A stretch of DNA of 64,000 nt from assembly GCF_009914755.1 (NCBI RefSeq), contig NC_060930.1. One strand, written 5' to 3'. The notes under the pieces were generated by a model. That model was not told the DNA's origin and ran no database searches. It saw only the letters and a program-made list of their open reading frames with translations. The translations under genes and the position numbers were made by a program. This document shows positions 31,401 through 45,109 of the stretch, one piece after another. This stretch comes from the human T2T-CHM13v2.0 reference genome, Homo sapiens. Each line of letters begins with the position of its first letter. The stretch's first letter is position 1.

Positions 31401-32235
31401 GCTGCCTGGGAAAGCTGACTATAGACAATATCCTTGACAGCAATTCATACAGTGATTATTTACATTGTTGCTATTTTAATATCCTTTAATTAAAATAATT
31501 CTGATTTACCTTATATCCCTTTTAAGAATTCCACGAGGAGGGATCTTTAATAGGGTTAAAGAAGAAAATTTCTGAAAAATGTATGCTCCTTTGCAGAGAC
31601 AGTTAAATTCAGAAGAAAAAAATTTGTAAATGGCTTGGCACTTTGCTCAACTGATCTACAAGATTTTGTTTGGTGAAGAGAGTTGTTTGTTGTTGAAATT
31701 TGCTAGCATTAAAGTACTGTCATATGAACTTGGTGACACATGCTTGTTAAAGATCTTTGTTTAATTTGATCATTTCAAGTTACATGATGATTGTTCTGTT
31801 TTATAGTTTATAAAGTAATGAGAAAGTAAACATTCTAAAAAGCACAGTAGCACACTTGACTCCACCTGCTATGGGCCCTTGTTAAACACTAATTCTCAGG
31901 TACACATATAAATTTTCCCAGCACCACAGTCTCACCTATGGGGATGAGTGAGATGTTTTAAAAGAAGGCAACGTGCTCCACTGAATCTGGACTAAGCTCA
32001 CTTTAAGGAAAAATATCTTACTTGGGACCATCTGGTTGCCAGGTCAGGGCAGGCTGAGATGGAAGTTGTTTGTGCTAATGGCCTGGTCAGATCCAGTTCT
32101 GAGAGCCTGGGGGAAGCTATCGGAGATCAAGATAATTCTATAGAACTATGGTTCATCCATTGGCCTTCTGAGAGGCAGGGAAGAGCTGTCCAAATAGTCA
32201 ATGGGATGGACTTGAGAAACTTCATGTGAAAGCAT

Positions 32236-32320
32236 ATGTGTGTGTGTGTGTGTGCGCTCACGCACATGAGTGCAAGTGCGTGAGAGTGAAAGAGAGGAGA
32301 GTGACAGAGAGAGACAGAGA
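32236..32320. repeat. (TG)n / (GA)n-rich compound simple repeat
   Basis: Directly visible. Confidence 0.75.
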
Positions 32321-34035
32321 AAAAAAATTTTCGAGATATAACCTTTCCAACGACTAGATACTACCATTGGCAAAAAAAATACCCTCTATATTGGGATTTT
32401 CACTTCTGAATCAAATCATGGATGACCTAAAACTGTGAGTGAGGTATTTAATAGCAATGAGAATGTGGAATAATTTTTTATTCTGCCAATATTCAGTGCT
32501 CCACTGACAGGTACTGATTACATGAAACTAGCTCCAAAAACATCAAAGAAAAGATATATCCATTCAGACACCACAATCCCAGAAGGATTGCATGAAAATA
32601 TTAGCATTCATTTCTGCTGCAGGTTTTATGATAAAAAGTTATTACATATTTGAGTGGATGTCAAAGCAGGGTTGCAAATTTAACAAAGGAAAAATCCTTA
32701 GATAATCTTCATGTCTTTCAAATAGGTCAAATGCTTATAAAATAGGAGACATTTTACTTTGACAATCAGAAATCTACCACAGTAAAAATAAGCATCTAGA
32801 GGTTTTTCTAGCTGTCAATCCTTTTGCTTATTTATTATTATTATTGTTGTTACTATTTTCACTTTAAAAGTACAGATTGTCCTATGCTGTGGTCCAAACA
32901 TTAACATAGCAATCCTATGTCTATCATGTAACATTCTAGATTGAAGGCAAAAAACAAAGATGTCTTATTAGAATTGAGATAAAATTGACTGGTACTTTTC
33001 TGCTAAACACTTCCCTGTGGGGTAAGCGTTTCAAGCACAAAGAAGAGGGTGGCCATAAGAAAAAACATGTTTCACTACTGGACAGTGGCTTGTGACTGGA
33101 GCTGTTTTCCAGTCACTGGAGTCTGGCTGCTGGGAAAATCCTTTCTCTGTGGGAATCTGGCCAATGGTATGTGTGGTTAAACATGGAGATGTTGGGACTG
33201 AATCCAGGTTCTACCCTACAGGGATTGAGAATGGGGTCAAATTCATTAACCTCTTTTGTAACCTCAGTTTCCTATTTGTTTAATGGGAATAATATAACCC
33301 ATTGCATAAGGCTGTTGTGAGGAAATGAGATGTAAGGCACCTGGCACACGGCAACTAGGAAATGAGTGTTGGTTACCATTGCTGTTACTATTAATTTCAT
33401 ATCTGTGCTTTCTCTCATGTTCTCTCTGCATGAAAGTCTCTTTCCCTCCTTGTTGATGTGGAAAGCTCTTCTTTTCAGAAATGGCTCACCTCTAAGAAAC
33501 AGTCGGTGATTAATTCCAGCTCTGTGAGTCTCCCCTTTCTGTATACTGTCAGGCTTTATACACACTTCATAATTATTAGTTGTGTGTTTACATGCACTTC
33601 CCCAAAACTGCTAGCGACTGTAAACATATGGTGTAAGCTCAACACAATGCTTGTTGACTGAGGTGATGGTTTTTCTCTCCAACCCTTTATCCCTCCCGAC
33701 AACTTCCCACATATCTTGCATCTAATTCCGTACTCTAGATACTGATTTCACATCTCCCTAAACCCCCCGCTCCCTACCTGTCTCTGTTCTATTCAGATGG
33801 AACATCGGGTTTTCCTCCTCACAGCTTCATTGCTTCCTTCATTACTTCTCACTGCAGTTATGGCGGCCTTGTCTCCCACTTCGACAAAATTCCTTCTCAG
33901 TCTTTTGTGGTCCATTTCAAATCTGCCTCCTAAATTAAGCCTCAGTTAACGACTCACATCAACCCACCTTCCCCAACCCTACTCAGGATGGCTGTTCAGA
34001 AATCTAATATTGATATATAAAACAATCTTAATTGG

Positions 34036-34340
34036 GGCCAGGCACAGTGGCTCATGCCTGTAATCCCAGCCCTTTGGGAGGCTGAGGTGGGCAGATCACT
34101 TGAGGTCAGGAGTTCAAGACCAGCCTGGGCAATATGGAGAAACCTTGTCTGTACAGAAAAAAAAAAAAAAAAAAAAAAAAAAAAGCCAGGTGTGGTGGTG
34201 CACATCTGTAGTCTCAGCTACTCAGGAGGCTGAGACAGGAAGATCGCTTGAGCCTGGGAGGTGGAGGTTGCAGTGAGCTGAGATTGCACCACTGTACCCT
34301 AGCTTGGGCAACAGAGTGAGACCTACTCTCCAGAAAAAAA
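34036..34340 (+). mobile_element. AluJb-like with expanded central A28 linker
   Basis: Dimer; A run at 34157-34184; degenerate TSD caat(c/t)ttaattgg. Confidence 0.85.
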
Positions 34341-34628
34341 CCACACCCAATTTTAATTGGGGTGCTATTATGGGTGCCATATGAGTTGGGTGGATGAACT
34401 CTTGATGGAGAAGTGGATTTTTCCATTTCTCCCTAAACCTCTGATGCAGGCTGATCAAATTGAGCACTCAAACATTAGATGTTAGGAAAAGAAGTTACTA
34501 TTTAGATGCTGAGACAAATGGAAAGTGACACTAGATGTTCCCTTTCTCCCTTTTGGACTCAAGACAGAGCACTGTCTTGGTAAGTGTGGTCTTTCTTAAG
34601 GTATATGTGGCTGGTGCCGGCCATGATG

Positions 34629-34976
<348 letters not shown>

Positions 34977-35931
34977 TAGTAACAACTCATGGAAAAGAAT
35001 TGTTTTCACTCCTGAGTCCTCATACTTAGATGTTTGTCTATAGAGGATGTCACAAGTAGAATTAGGTCTCAAAAAGCCATCTGAGCTAGCAGAATATGCA
35101 TGTCACTCATCTTTCCTTTTACTAGGCCCTATACATAATATTTTTTAAATGGACCTGCCCACTACTGTGAACTTTCTGAAGCAAGCCTGATCCCAGTTGT
35201 TCCCCAAAAAAGAATTTGAAATCGTCACACTCAAGCTTTTGACTCACCACTCTAAGAAAACCATTGTTTTCAAGGTTATTTAATCTTATTGTTGGCTAAA
35301 TCCAAGTAATACTTCTTTGTCCTTATTTTAGTTGGTTTCCTGGCAACAACCAACATCATTGCAAATTTCTTCCTCGAAACACTCTCTTCTCTTGACTTCC
35401 TTGACATGATGCTCACTTGTTATTAAAAAAGAGTGCCTATGTTTGCATTTACCAGATACACCTTCGCCTATATTTTTATTTTTCAACCTTTCTGAACTGC
35501 TTTATTTAAGGGATTTTTTTCTACAGCATAGGGTTGGATATTCCATTATAAGCCAATTTGAAGTTATTTTTCTATATTAGAGATAGAATTTAACTCCTTT
35601 ACATCTATCATAATGACAGATGTGTTTGTTTTTAGCTGTGGAAGGAAGGATTGGACTCTTTACAAGGGGCTTCTGATTAGGTATTCTTTAGCTGGTAGGT
35701 GAATCATTTGGGATGTCTTTGCTAGTTTCAAAAAACTCTATACAAATGGCTTAAACGTAAAGGGTATTCATTATCTTGCATAATAAAGAAGTCCAGAAGT
35801 ATTTCATATTTTGTCTTCTGTTATACACACATACATGCACATACACATATATACATACATATATATACACTTATACATGAAAGAGAAACATTTATTTCTC
35901 TACATTTTTCACTGTATCTTTTTGTTTTTTA

Positions 35932-36107
35932 TTTTTTTATTTTTATTTATTTTTCTTTATTATTATACTTTAAGTTTTAGGGTACATGTGCACAATGTGT
36001 AGGTTAGTTACATATGTATACATGTGCCATGCTGGTGTGCTGCACCCATTAACTAGTCATTTAGCATTAGGTATATCTCCTGAAGTTATCCCTCCCCCCC
36101 ACCCCCG
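35932..36107 (-). mobile_element. Very short 5'-truncated L1PA (L1PA3-like) 3' end
   Basis: L1PA 3'UTR terminus plus poly(A); 15-bp TSD TCTTTTTGTTTTTTA at 35917-35931 and 36108-36122. Confidence 0.9.
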
Positions 36108-36261
36108 TCTTTTTGTTTTTTAACAATGTTTAGGAAAATGTACATTTTTATTTTATAGGTTACATTTGTTTAATTTTACACACTACTTTTAGACTTTATT
36201 TCTTTAGATAACATCTTTTAGTTCTTTCATATGTGACTCACCACATACACAGAATTTTAAA

Positions 36262-38480
36262 AAACCCTATGGTCACATCAATAGATGCAGAAAAAGCATT
36301 CCGTAAAATCTAGCATCCCTTCATGATAAAAAACCTCAAAAAACTAGGCCTAGAAGGAACTTATCTCAAAATAATGAAGGTTACATATGTCAAACCCATA
36401 GCCAACATCATAGTGAATGTGGAAAAGTTAAAAGCATTACCCCTTAGAATGGGACAATACAAGGATGCCCACTTTCACCACTACTATTCAAACATAGAAC
36501 TGAAAGTCCTAGCTGGGGCAAGCAGGCAAGAGAAAGAAATACAAGTCATTCAATCAGAAAAAAGTAAGTCGAATTATTTCTGTTTGTTGATGATATGATC
36601 TTATGCCTAGAGAACCCTAAGGACTCCTTGAAGAGACTCCTAGAGTTGATAAATGACTTCAGTAAAGTTTCAGAATACATAATCAATGTACAAAAATTAG
36701 TAGCATTTTTATACAAATAATGATCAAGCTGGGAACCAAATCAAGAACTCAATCCCATTTACAATAGCTACCAAAATAAAATAAAATACCTAGGAATAGA
36801 TTTCACCAAGGAGTTAAAAGATCTCTACAAAAAGAACTGCAAAACACTGATGAAAGAAATTAGAGATGACACAAACAAATGGAAAAGCATCCTATGCTCA
36901 TGAATTGGAAGAACCAGTATCACCAAAATGACCATACTGCCCAAAACAATCTACAGATTCAATGAAATTCCTATCAAATTACCAGTATAATTCTTCACAG
37001 AATTAGAAAAGGCAATGCTAACATTCATATGAAACCAAAAAAGAGTCTGAATAGCCAAAGCAGTCCTAAACAAAAGAGAATAAATCTAGATGTATCACAT
37101 TACCTGACTTCAAATTGTACTATGGCTATACTAACCAAAACAGCATGATGCTGGCGTAAAAACAGACACAGAGATCAATGGAACAGTACAGATAACCCAG
37201 AAATAAAACCACATACCTCTACAACCAATAATCTTTGACAAAGTTGACAAAAACATACACTGGGGAAGTACACCCTATTAAATAAGTGGTACTGGGAAAA
37301 TTGAATAGTCATATGCAGAAGAATGGAATTGGACATGCATCTCTCAGCATATACAAAAGTTAATGCAAAATTGATTAGACTTAAGTGTAAGACCTGAAAC
37401 TACAAAAATCCTAGAAGAAAACCTAGGCAAAACTATTCTGGACTTTGGCCTAGGCAAAGAATTTATGACTAAGTCCTCAAAAAGAAATACAACAAAAACA
37501 ATAGGCAAATGGGATTTAATCGAACTAAAAATCTTTTGTACATCAAAAGAAATAATCAACAGAGTAAACAGACAACCTACAGAATAGGCGAAGATATTTG
37601 CAAACATTGCATCTGACAAAGGGCTAATATTCAGAATCTACAAGGAACTGAAACAAATCAAGAGGAAAAAAACTCAAATAACCCTATTAAAAAGCAAGCA
37701 ATGGACATGAACAGACATTTTTCAAAAGAAGACATACAAATGGCCAAAAAACATATGAAAAATGCTCAATATCACTAATCATCAGAGAAATGCAAATTAA
37801 AACCATAATGAGATACCACTTATACCAGCCAGAATGAATATTATTAAAAAGTCAAAAATCAACAGATATTGGGAAGGATGCAGAGAAAAGGAATACTTTT
37901 ACATTGTTAGTGGAAATGTAAATTAGTACAACTTTACAGAAAACAGTACGAAGATTTCTCAAGGAAGTAAAAAAAGAACTACGCTTTGATATAGTCATCT
38001 CATCACTGGGTATCTACCCCTAAAAAAGAAATCATGTATCAAAAAGACTCCTACACTTGTATGTTTATCTAATGCTGTTTACATTAGCAAAGTCAGGCAG
38101 TCAACCTAAGTGTCCATCAACTGATGAGCAGATAAAGAAAATGTGGTATATATGTATACTATGGAATCCTACTCAGTCATAAAAAATAATGAAATAATGT
38201 CTTTTATGGCAACATAGATGGAACTGGAGGCCATTATTCTAATTGAAATGACTTGAAACAGAAAGTCAAAAACCACATATTCTCACTTATAAGTGGGAGC
38301 TAAACAATGGGTACATGTGGACATACAGAGAGGAATAATAGACACGGAGATTCCAAAAGGTGGGAAGGTGGGAGGCGGGTGAGGGATGGAATAATTCCTA
38401 TAGGGTACAATATATCCTATTTGGGTGATAGGTACACTAATAGCCCCAGACTTCACCACTATGAAATATATCCATGTAAC
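36262..38480 (+). mobile_element. 5'-truncated L1MA (L1MA2-like)
   Basis: RT and C-terminal ORF2 DNA and an L1MA 3'UTR (gggtacaat...ggtacactaatagccccagacttcaccact). Confidence 0.85.
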
Positions 38481-38620
38481 ACATGGATATATTATATACA
38501 TGGACCCTTAAGTATATACATGGACCCCTAAGTATATAATATATATACATGTATAATATACATGTATATATATCCATAAGTATAATATATATACATGGAC
38601 CCTTAAGTATATAAAAATAT
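38465..38620. repeat. AT-rich fold-back plus three copies of TATACATGGACCC(T/C)TAAGTAT
   Basis: Directly visible at the L1MA 3' end. Confidence 0.75.
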
Positions 38621-38637
38621 AAAAAAGGAAATGATAA

Positions 38638-38967
<330 letters not shown>

Positions 38968-39799
38968 TAAATACTTGTTTTGTCAGGTTGAATAATATAT
39001 CCTTTGACTCAGATATATTACACGAGGCCATAAGTGAATTTACTCTACCTTCCACCTTCTTTCCCTCTTCCTCTTCCAGTTTTGGATAGGTATGTAATTA
39101 AATTTTTTCACAGCATATAGTATGCCATCCAAATCCCCACCCTTGCTTTAGGATTAGTTCTACAATTAAATACATTCCATGCTCGCTGCCATTCTTTTTG
39201 CTTTGGGTTAAGGAATTTGTCAAAAACTATACAAAAATTAGATAACAGAGTCAGGATTTAAACCAAAGTTTGACACAACATTCCATGCTTTTTCCACTAC
39301 ATTATGCTTCTTCTGAAAGTCTGCATACACACACATACAGACATGTGCTTTAACTACACTGAAAGCAAAAGAGATCAAAACAGCACACAGAAAAAGTAAG
39401 CAAAATATAAGAAATTAAGAGTTAAAAAACAATAAAAATTGAAATAAATGGATAAACTTATAAAAGTGACTGAAGTCACTTCATTAGCACCCCAAAATAA
39501 ACACTGTTTTAAAATTTTTCATGGGGGCACAAAAGGTTATTTTTTATTGATAAGATTGGCAGGCCAATATTGAAAGAAAAGAAAAGGAAACAAGAGACTA
39601 ACAAGTCTATAGAGGGTTAATCATTTTTTCAAAAAGGCTTTAAAACAGGAGGCTAAGTTAAAAATCATTAGGGATTATTTGCATCTCTGGAACTAAGGCA
39701 GCCATAGACTTCAGCAGAATATTTAACTCATTTGATGTCCCAAGGGATGGATTCATTGCAAGAGTTTTCTGATTTGGTTCTCTATGGCTGGTGTGTAAA

Positions 39800-40250
39800 T
39801 CATTTGGGCTGTCTCCTACTGTCAGTTTCAGAAGACCCAGCCCTAAATAGCTTAAACATAACAGTGAAGTCCATAGGGTAGACTTTCACAGGGGAAGACA
39901 GGGTGGTACTTTCAAGATTGCTTATTTCAGTGGCCTAATGGTGACATCAGAGTCCAGGTCTTTTCCTTCTTTTCCACTGCAGCTATCCTCAGTATACAAA
40001 TCTTTTCCAAGGATGGTCCCCACAGGGATACCAGATGATTACAGCAGCTAGTCCTCATCCTCATGTAAGCACAATAAAAGCCAGAAAGGACCATCCCTTC
40101 TTTGTGGACATTTTAAAGAAAGTGCAGTCCTTTCCCAGCAGCCTCTTTTGCACACTGGCCCACAAGTATCAATGGCTGGAATTGTGTCACATGCTCTTTG
40201 CCAAACCAATCATTGCATTGGTAGGAGGAGTGAAATTACAGTAATTGGTC
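39800..40250. mobile_element. Old MLT1 (MaLR) LTR
   Basis: aaatagcttaaacataa...tggctggaattgtgtcacatg...aaaccaatcattg motifs. Confidence 0.5.
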
Positions 40251-40847
40251 TAAAATAATCTCAATTCATCCCCCCACCCACAGGGCTAGAAATGGACACA
40301 CACTTGCCTGAAACTCAGAGCCACCCAAACTCAAGGCAAGGAAAAACGAGATAATCAATCAACAACATTTCTCATAGGTAGAAATAGAACAGAAAGACCT
40401 TCCTTTTACCCTCTGCCTCTCACTTTTGAACATTCTTAAATACTATAGAGGATTAGAAGACACATCACTCCATCTTTTTTACGTGCATCTTCTAATAGTT
40501 GATTGTTATTGGGCACAAGTTGCTACCAGCAGGCATATAACTTTTTCCATATAATGAATGGCATACTGGGTTTCTCTTCCAGAATGGCCATCAGGTAGTA
40601 TTTATTTATGACTAATGTTAGCTTCTCAAGGCCGTTATGAGTCAATTAAGAGACCAGCCTGAATGTCTCCATGAGCTAAATCGATATTTACCCACATGCA
40701 TGTACATAGTCATACTTATGAAAACACTTATGACTCCTATGAGAAAAATAAATATTAAACACAGGTTAAGAACAAGCACTTCCAATGGCTGAAAGAGGGT
40801 CTAAGATCATATGAAATACACCACAGGTTTAAAATTACTACCTACCA

Positions 40848-40955
40848 GAAGGATCATTTGAGCCCAGGAGTTTGAGGTTACAATGTGCTAAGACTGTGTA
40901 AGTGCACTCTAGCCTGGGCGACAGAGCATGACCCTGTATCAAATTCAAAAAAAAT
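40848..40955 (+). mobile_element. FAM/FRAM-type Alu monomer fragment
   Basis: ggatcatttgagcccaggagtttgaggttaca...gcactctagcctgggcgacagag. Confidence 0.65.
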
Positions 40956-42065
40956 TATTGCCTAGATTTTCATGAAGGAAGACATAAAAAACAAGATAAA
41001 GAGGTAAAGTACCAATTTTAAGCAAGATTTATAGAATGTTTGTAATGTGCCAGATACTGTATTAAGTACCTTATGTACATTACCTCATTTAAAGTTCACA
41101 GTCAGATCAAAGGTAAAATTACTATTATCTTCATTTTGCCAAAGAGAATACTGAGGCTAAGAGGGTGAGGATATTGCTCAGGTTCCTCTGTAAGTGAGTG
41201 GTAGGGCCAAAAATTGAACCCAGTTTTGTCAGGCTCTAAAACTATGTGCTGACCTTTGACCTCTACCCTGAGAAGACGATGGGAACAATGGTCCCCCTGA
41301 AATGTTTCCTCTCTCTTTAGGGTCCAAAACTGCTCCTGAAGAGCTACATAGACTTTGCTTAATAAGCCATCACTGCTGCTTGAAAGAATCAAGACATATT
41401 TCAAGAACATTACATAAGTCTCTGATACAGAGGCTCTCTGTAAACAACAAACTGTACTCACCTTCCACTTTTTGAAAATATAAAATATTTTAGGCAGAAT
41501 TTATGCAATGAAATGTCTTAATAGTACACAATTTTATAACATTTTTATTTGAAAAAATGTTTTTATATGTGCTCCGTGAAATAATCTCCCTCAAAGAGAG
41601 CAGCTTCTTTTAAATTTCTGAAGAATTTTAGTTGGAGAAAAAATTCACCTAGATTTTTTTAAGTAGCAATATATAATCTTTTTACATTTCTAAGATTAAA
41701 AGGCATTTTCAACCAAGTAAACTTGCAAGTTCATTGGCTTTAAAAAACAAAAAAAAACTAAATTCCATCTTAATGAAAGTGAGCAGAGCATTGTAAATGA
41801 ATTAGCTCAATTATTTAGAAGGTTTGGGATGTCAGGTATATTTAGAACAAGGTGGGACCCAGGTGATGAGATTTCAGTGTTTTGCAACCTTACACTAAAA
41901 TTGGAGTAATGAGCTACTAAATGTGTCAGACTTGAGTTCAGCATAGCAAAAGCTTTGCCAATATTTTACATGCTTAATACAAATCCCAAAGATAAAACTT
42001 GTTCTCATAAAACAAGTGGTTTCTATCTGTCTCTCTTAATGTTAGAGTCATAGGATAAACACACT

Positions 42066-42129
42066 ATTTACCCTGTATGTGTGTGTGTGTATTCATTTAC
42101 CCTGTATGTGTGTGTGTGTATTCATTTAC
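42066..42129. repeat. Perfect 29-bp tandem duplication containing (TG)n
   Basis: ATTTACCCTGTATGTGTGTGTGTGTATTC x2 + ATTTAC. Confidence 0.9.
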
Positions 42130-43211
42130 TTCAATGATGATCAGATAATCATGCCAGAAGCTAGTATTCAAGAGAAACTTTATTAGTCCTGAGAGTATAG
42201 AAAGATTTAAAAATGTATGTTAATTAAGTAAAATGTACGGTAAAGTTATTTGGAACTGTATTTAATGAAATACACAATTGTTACTGAGCTGCATGGCAAT
42301 TAGCTGTAAGTCATAAGAAATTTACAAAAGACTGTCATTTCATCAGCATTAATTTTACACAATCAATCTAACTTTTAAAAACTTTTCTATAATCATAAAC
42401 TTTTCCCTGGATAAAAGCCATTTACATAATTCTGTCTCCTCTCTGTCTCTCTCTACATTTTTTTTCTTATCTTCCTGCCCTTCACCAAGACAGAGGAGAC
42501 CCAATCCTGGACCCTGCCCAAGGCCTCAGTATCCACCTCTCCTCCTTCCCACCCTGATGATCAGGGTATCAGCTGCTTGGAAGCTCCAGGCCCTCGGTTC
42601 TTCAGACCTTGGAGCCACATCTAGTATGTCCTTAGATATGCATCTCCTGCTTTATTTGGAGGGGTCTTTATGAGATTCCCAATAATGTTGGGATGGGACA
42701 GAAAGAAGAAACCCAAGCATGTGGTGAAAGGGTGGTAACCCCAGGGAGAGAAAGGGCATATGCCAATGGTTCTGAAATTGTAGCATCGAACAGTTTGGGG
42801 TCAGAGGAGTGAGAAGGTGCAGGCATGGAGATAAAGAGTGGGGAAAAGAGGGGAGCAGAGCCGCCTATGGGGCCCAGGACCTCCACAGGAGACCCTAGCG
42901 GTGAATACATGCTCTCCAGGCACAGCTTCTGGAAGATTTAGCCTCAGTGCATCCTCCTCAGGGAAGCTGGGAGACAGATGGGGCTGGAGGACAGAGCTGC
43001 TTGGGCTTTTCCTGACAGCCCTCACCAGCAAAGCATACAGGCCTTCCTAGAAGACTTTGATAAATTTGGACCTAATCTTGGCTCTGTCATTTTTAGCAGT
43101 GTGACTTTAGGTAGTCACCAACCTGTCTGAGCCTCAGTTTCCCCATAGGTGAGGTGAGAATAATACTCTCTACATAGTTATCGTGAGGATTTAATGAAAT
43201 GAAGCATCTGA

Positions 43212-43533
43212 GGCCGGGGCGCAGTGGCTCACGCCTGTTAATCCCAGCACTTTGGGAGGCCGAGGCATGTGGATCAGGAGGTCAGGAGATCGAGACCATC
43301 CTGAGCAACATGGTGAAACCCAGTCTCTACTAAAAATACAAAAAATTAGCTGGGCATGGTGGTGGGCGCCTGTAGTCCCAGCTACTCTGCAGGCTGAGGC
43401 AGGAGAATGGCGTGAACCCGGGAGGCGGAGCTTGCAGTGAGCAGAGACCGCGCGACACTGCACTCCAACCTGGGTGACAGAGTGAGACTCCGTCTCAAAA
43501 AAAAAAAAAAAAAAAAAAAAAGAAAAGAAAAAA
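43212..43533 (+). mobile_element. AluY-family element inserted into a MIR (MIR ~43065-43580)
   Basis: Y diagnostics gaatggcgtgaacccgggaggcggagcttgcag; degenerate TSD gaaatgaagcatctga / gaaatgaggcatgcga. Confidence 0.85.
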
Positions 43534-45109
43534 GAAATGAGGCATGCGAACATTGCCTAAAACAGAGCAGGCTCTTGACAAAAGTGTTTTTCTTTTCTTC
43601 AGCCCTGAGGCATGAAGAAGGTTCTTCTTCTCATTTCCAGCTTTGCTCTAATTTCCCCACCTGTATATATTTCATTTCATTTCTGAGAATCAGAATGTTA
43701 AAAATAAATGCATAAGGGATTGGAGATGAGTAAATTGGAGGCTGAATAAGTGATAGCTTGGGTTTCTTCCAGCTGGATTGAAGGAAGAGGAGTCATGTTG
43801 GGTGAGGGGGTGTCACTGCGGAAGGCAGAGGCATCCCGGCATCTTCAGGGCACAGGGACATTTTCCATCCCTTGTGGAGTGGGAGCTGTGACTGTCCCTT
43901 GCAGGGATTTAGGACCTATGACTAGACAGTGTCCTGAGCCATAGTTCTAATGGGCATCCAAAGGTCCTGTGAAGGGGGAGGCTCCCTCCCGCACACCTGA
44001 CTCTAGGACTAAAGTGCTAGGCTGGGGAATTTGGGGTCTGGTAGGATAATTGCTGCCTCTTATGCATTTAGCCCACAACTTGGGTTAAATCTACAGGCTT
44101 GCCTCTCAAAATAGACACTGGACTTAGCAGTATACACAACAGACCTCCCCTCAAAATCTATTTCTAGTTTTTGAGGAGAGCCAGGCTGACACTAAAAATG
44201 AAATTGGTTCTCTCACAGCATCTTGGACCCGTAGGATTGTTCCTGGCTCCTCTTTACAGTGCCTGGTGGCTTTTCCTTCCCTATTCAATCTCCGTTTAAC
44301 TAACTACATTAATATTTCAGAAACATTCTGTGGCCTGTACATTGGTGGTACTTTATTCCCCAGGCTTGAAAAACTTTTTTCTTGTAATTGGAATGCTTTG
44401 TGCAGTCTAATAGTCTGTGTTAGGCTAAGAGTCGAATAACATTGCCCTTGTAATTATCTTGTCATAGCCATAAGACAGTAAGTGAGGGCATGTCTGCTCT
44501 GCAAAAGGCCAATTCAATTGTGACATTAAACATATGCCTGATCCAAATGAAACACAAATAATGGGTTACCAACCCAATCCAGTCATTTCCAGCCAGTCAG
44601 CATCCCCACCCCCCCATCTCTACCCACTAAGTTATACTAACAAACAGGTTATTATTTAAGTAGAAAAATGCATTATTAAGAAGTCAGAAAACATTCATTG
44701 AAAACAGATTGCCTCCCCATTTGCGCTGAGCTAAGTTCTATGAAATTAGAACTGCGCATTCCTCAAATCCAGAAGATTTTGTGTTCATGCCTGATTCTTT
44801 AGTGGTAGCTTCAGGGCCATTTTAATAAGAAGATTCCACCTCAAACAAAGATATTAGGCTTTGGGGCAAAGCCTCATTAAAAAATACAAGAAGCACATTT
44901 TTAGAAAGAATTTTTCAAAGGCTGTCAGAAGCCCCAGCTGAGTTGCAAAGGGCCTAGGCTACCACCTGCCTCCTTTCCCCAGTTCTCTGACAGCCGCTAA
45001 CTAACTTCCCTAGGGCCACTGAGGAGTTCAGATGACCTGACCGTGCAGGAGTCCTGTGACAGAGGAATAATATTAACTAAGTTAACTAAGTGGGAATGGG
45101 GGCTTCACA

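Noticed and set aside
38495-38612. Short direct repeats with intervening sequence, superficially CRISPR-like
   Set aside because: Eukaryotic context, irregular low-complexity TA spacers, no cas genes.
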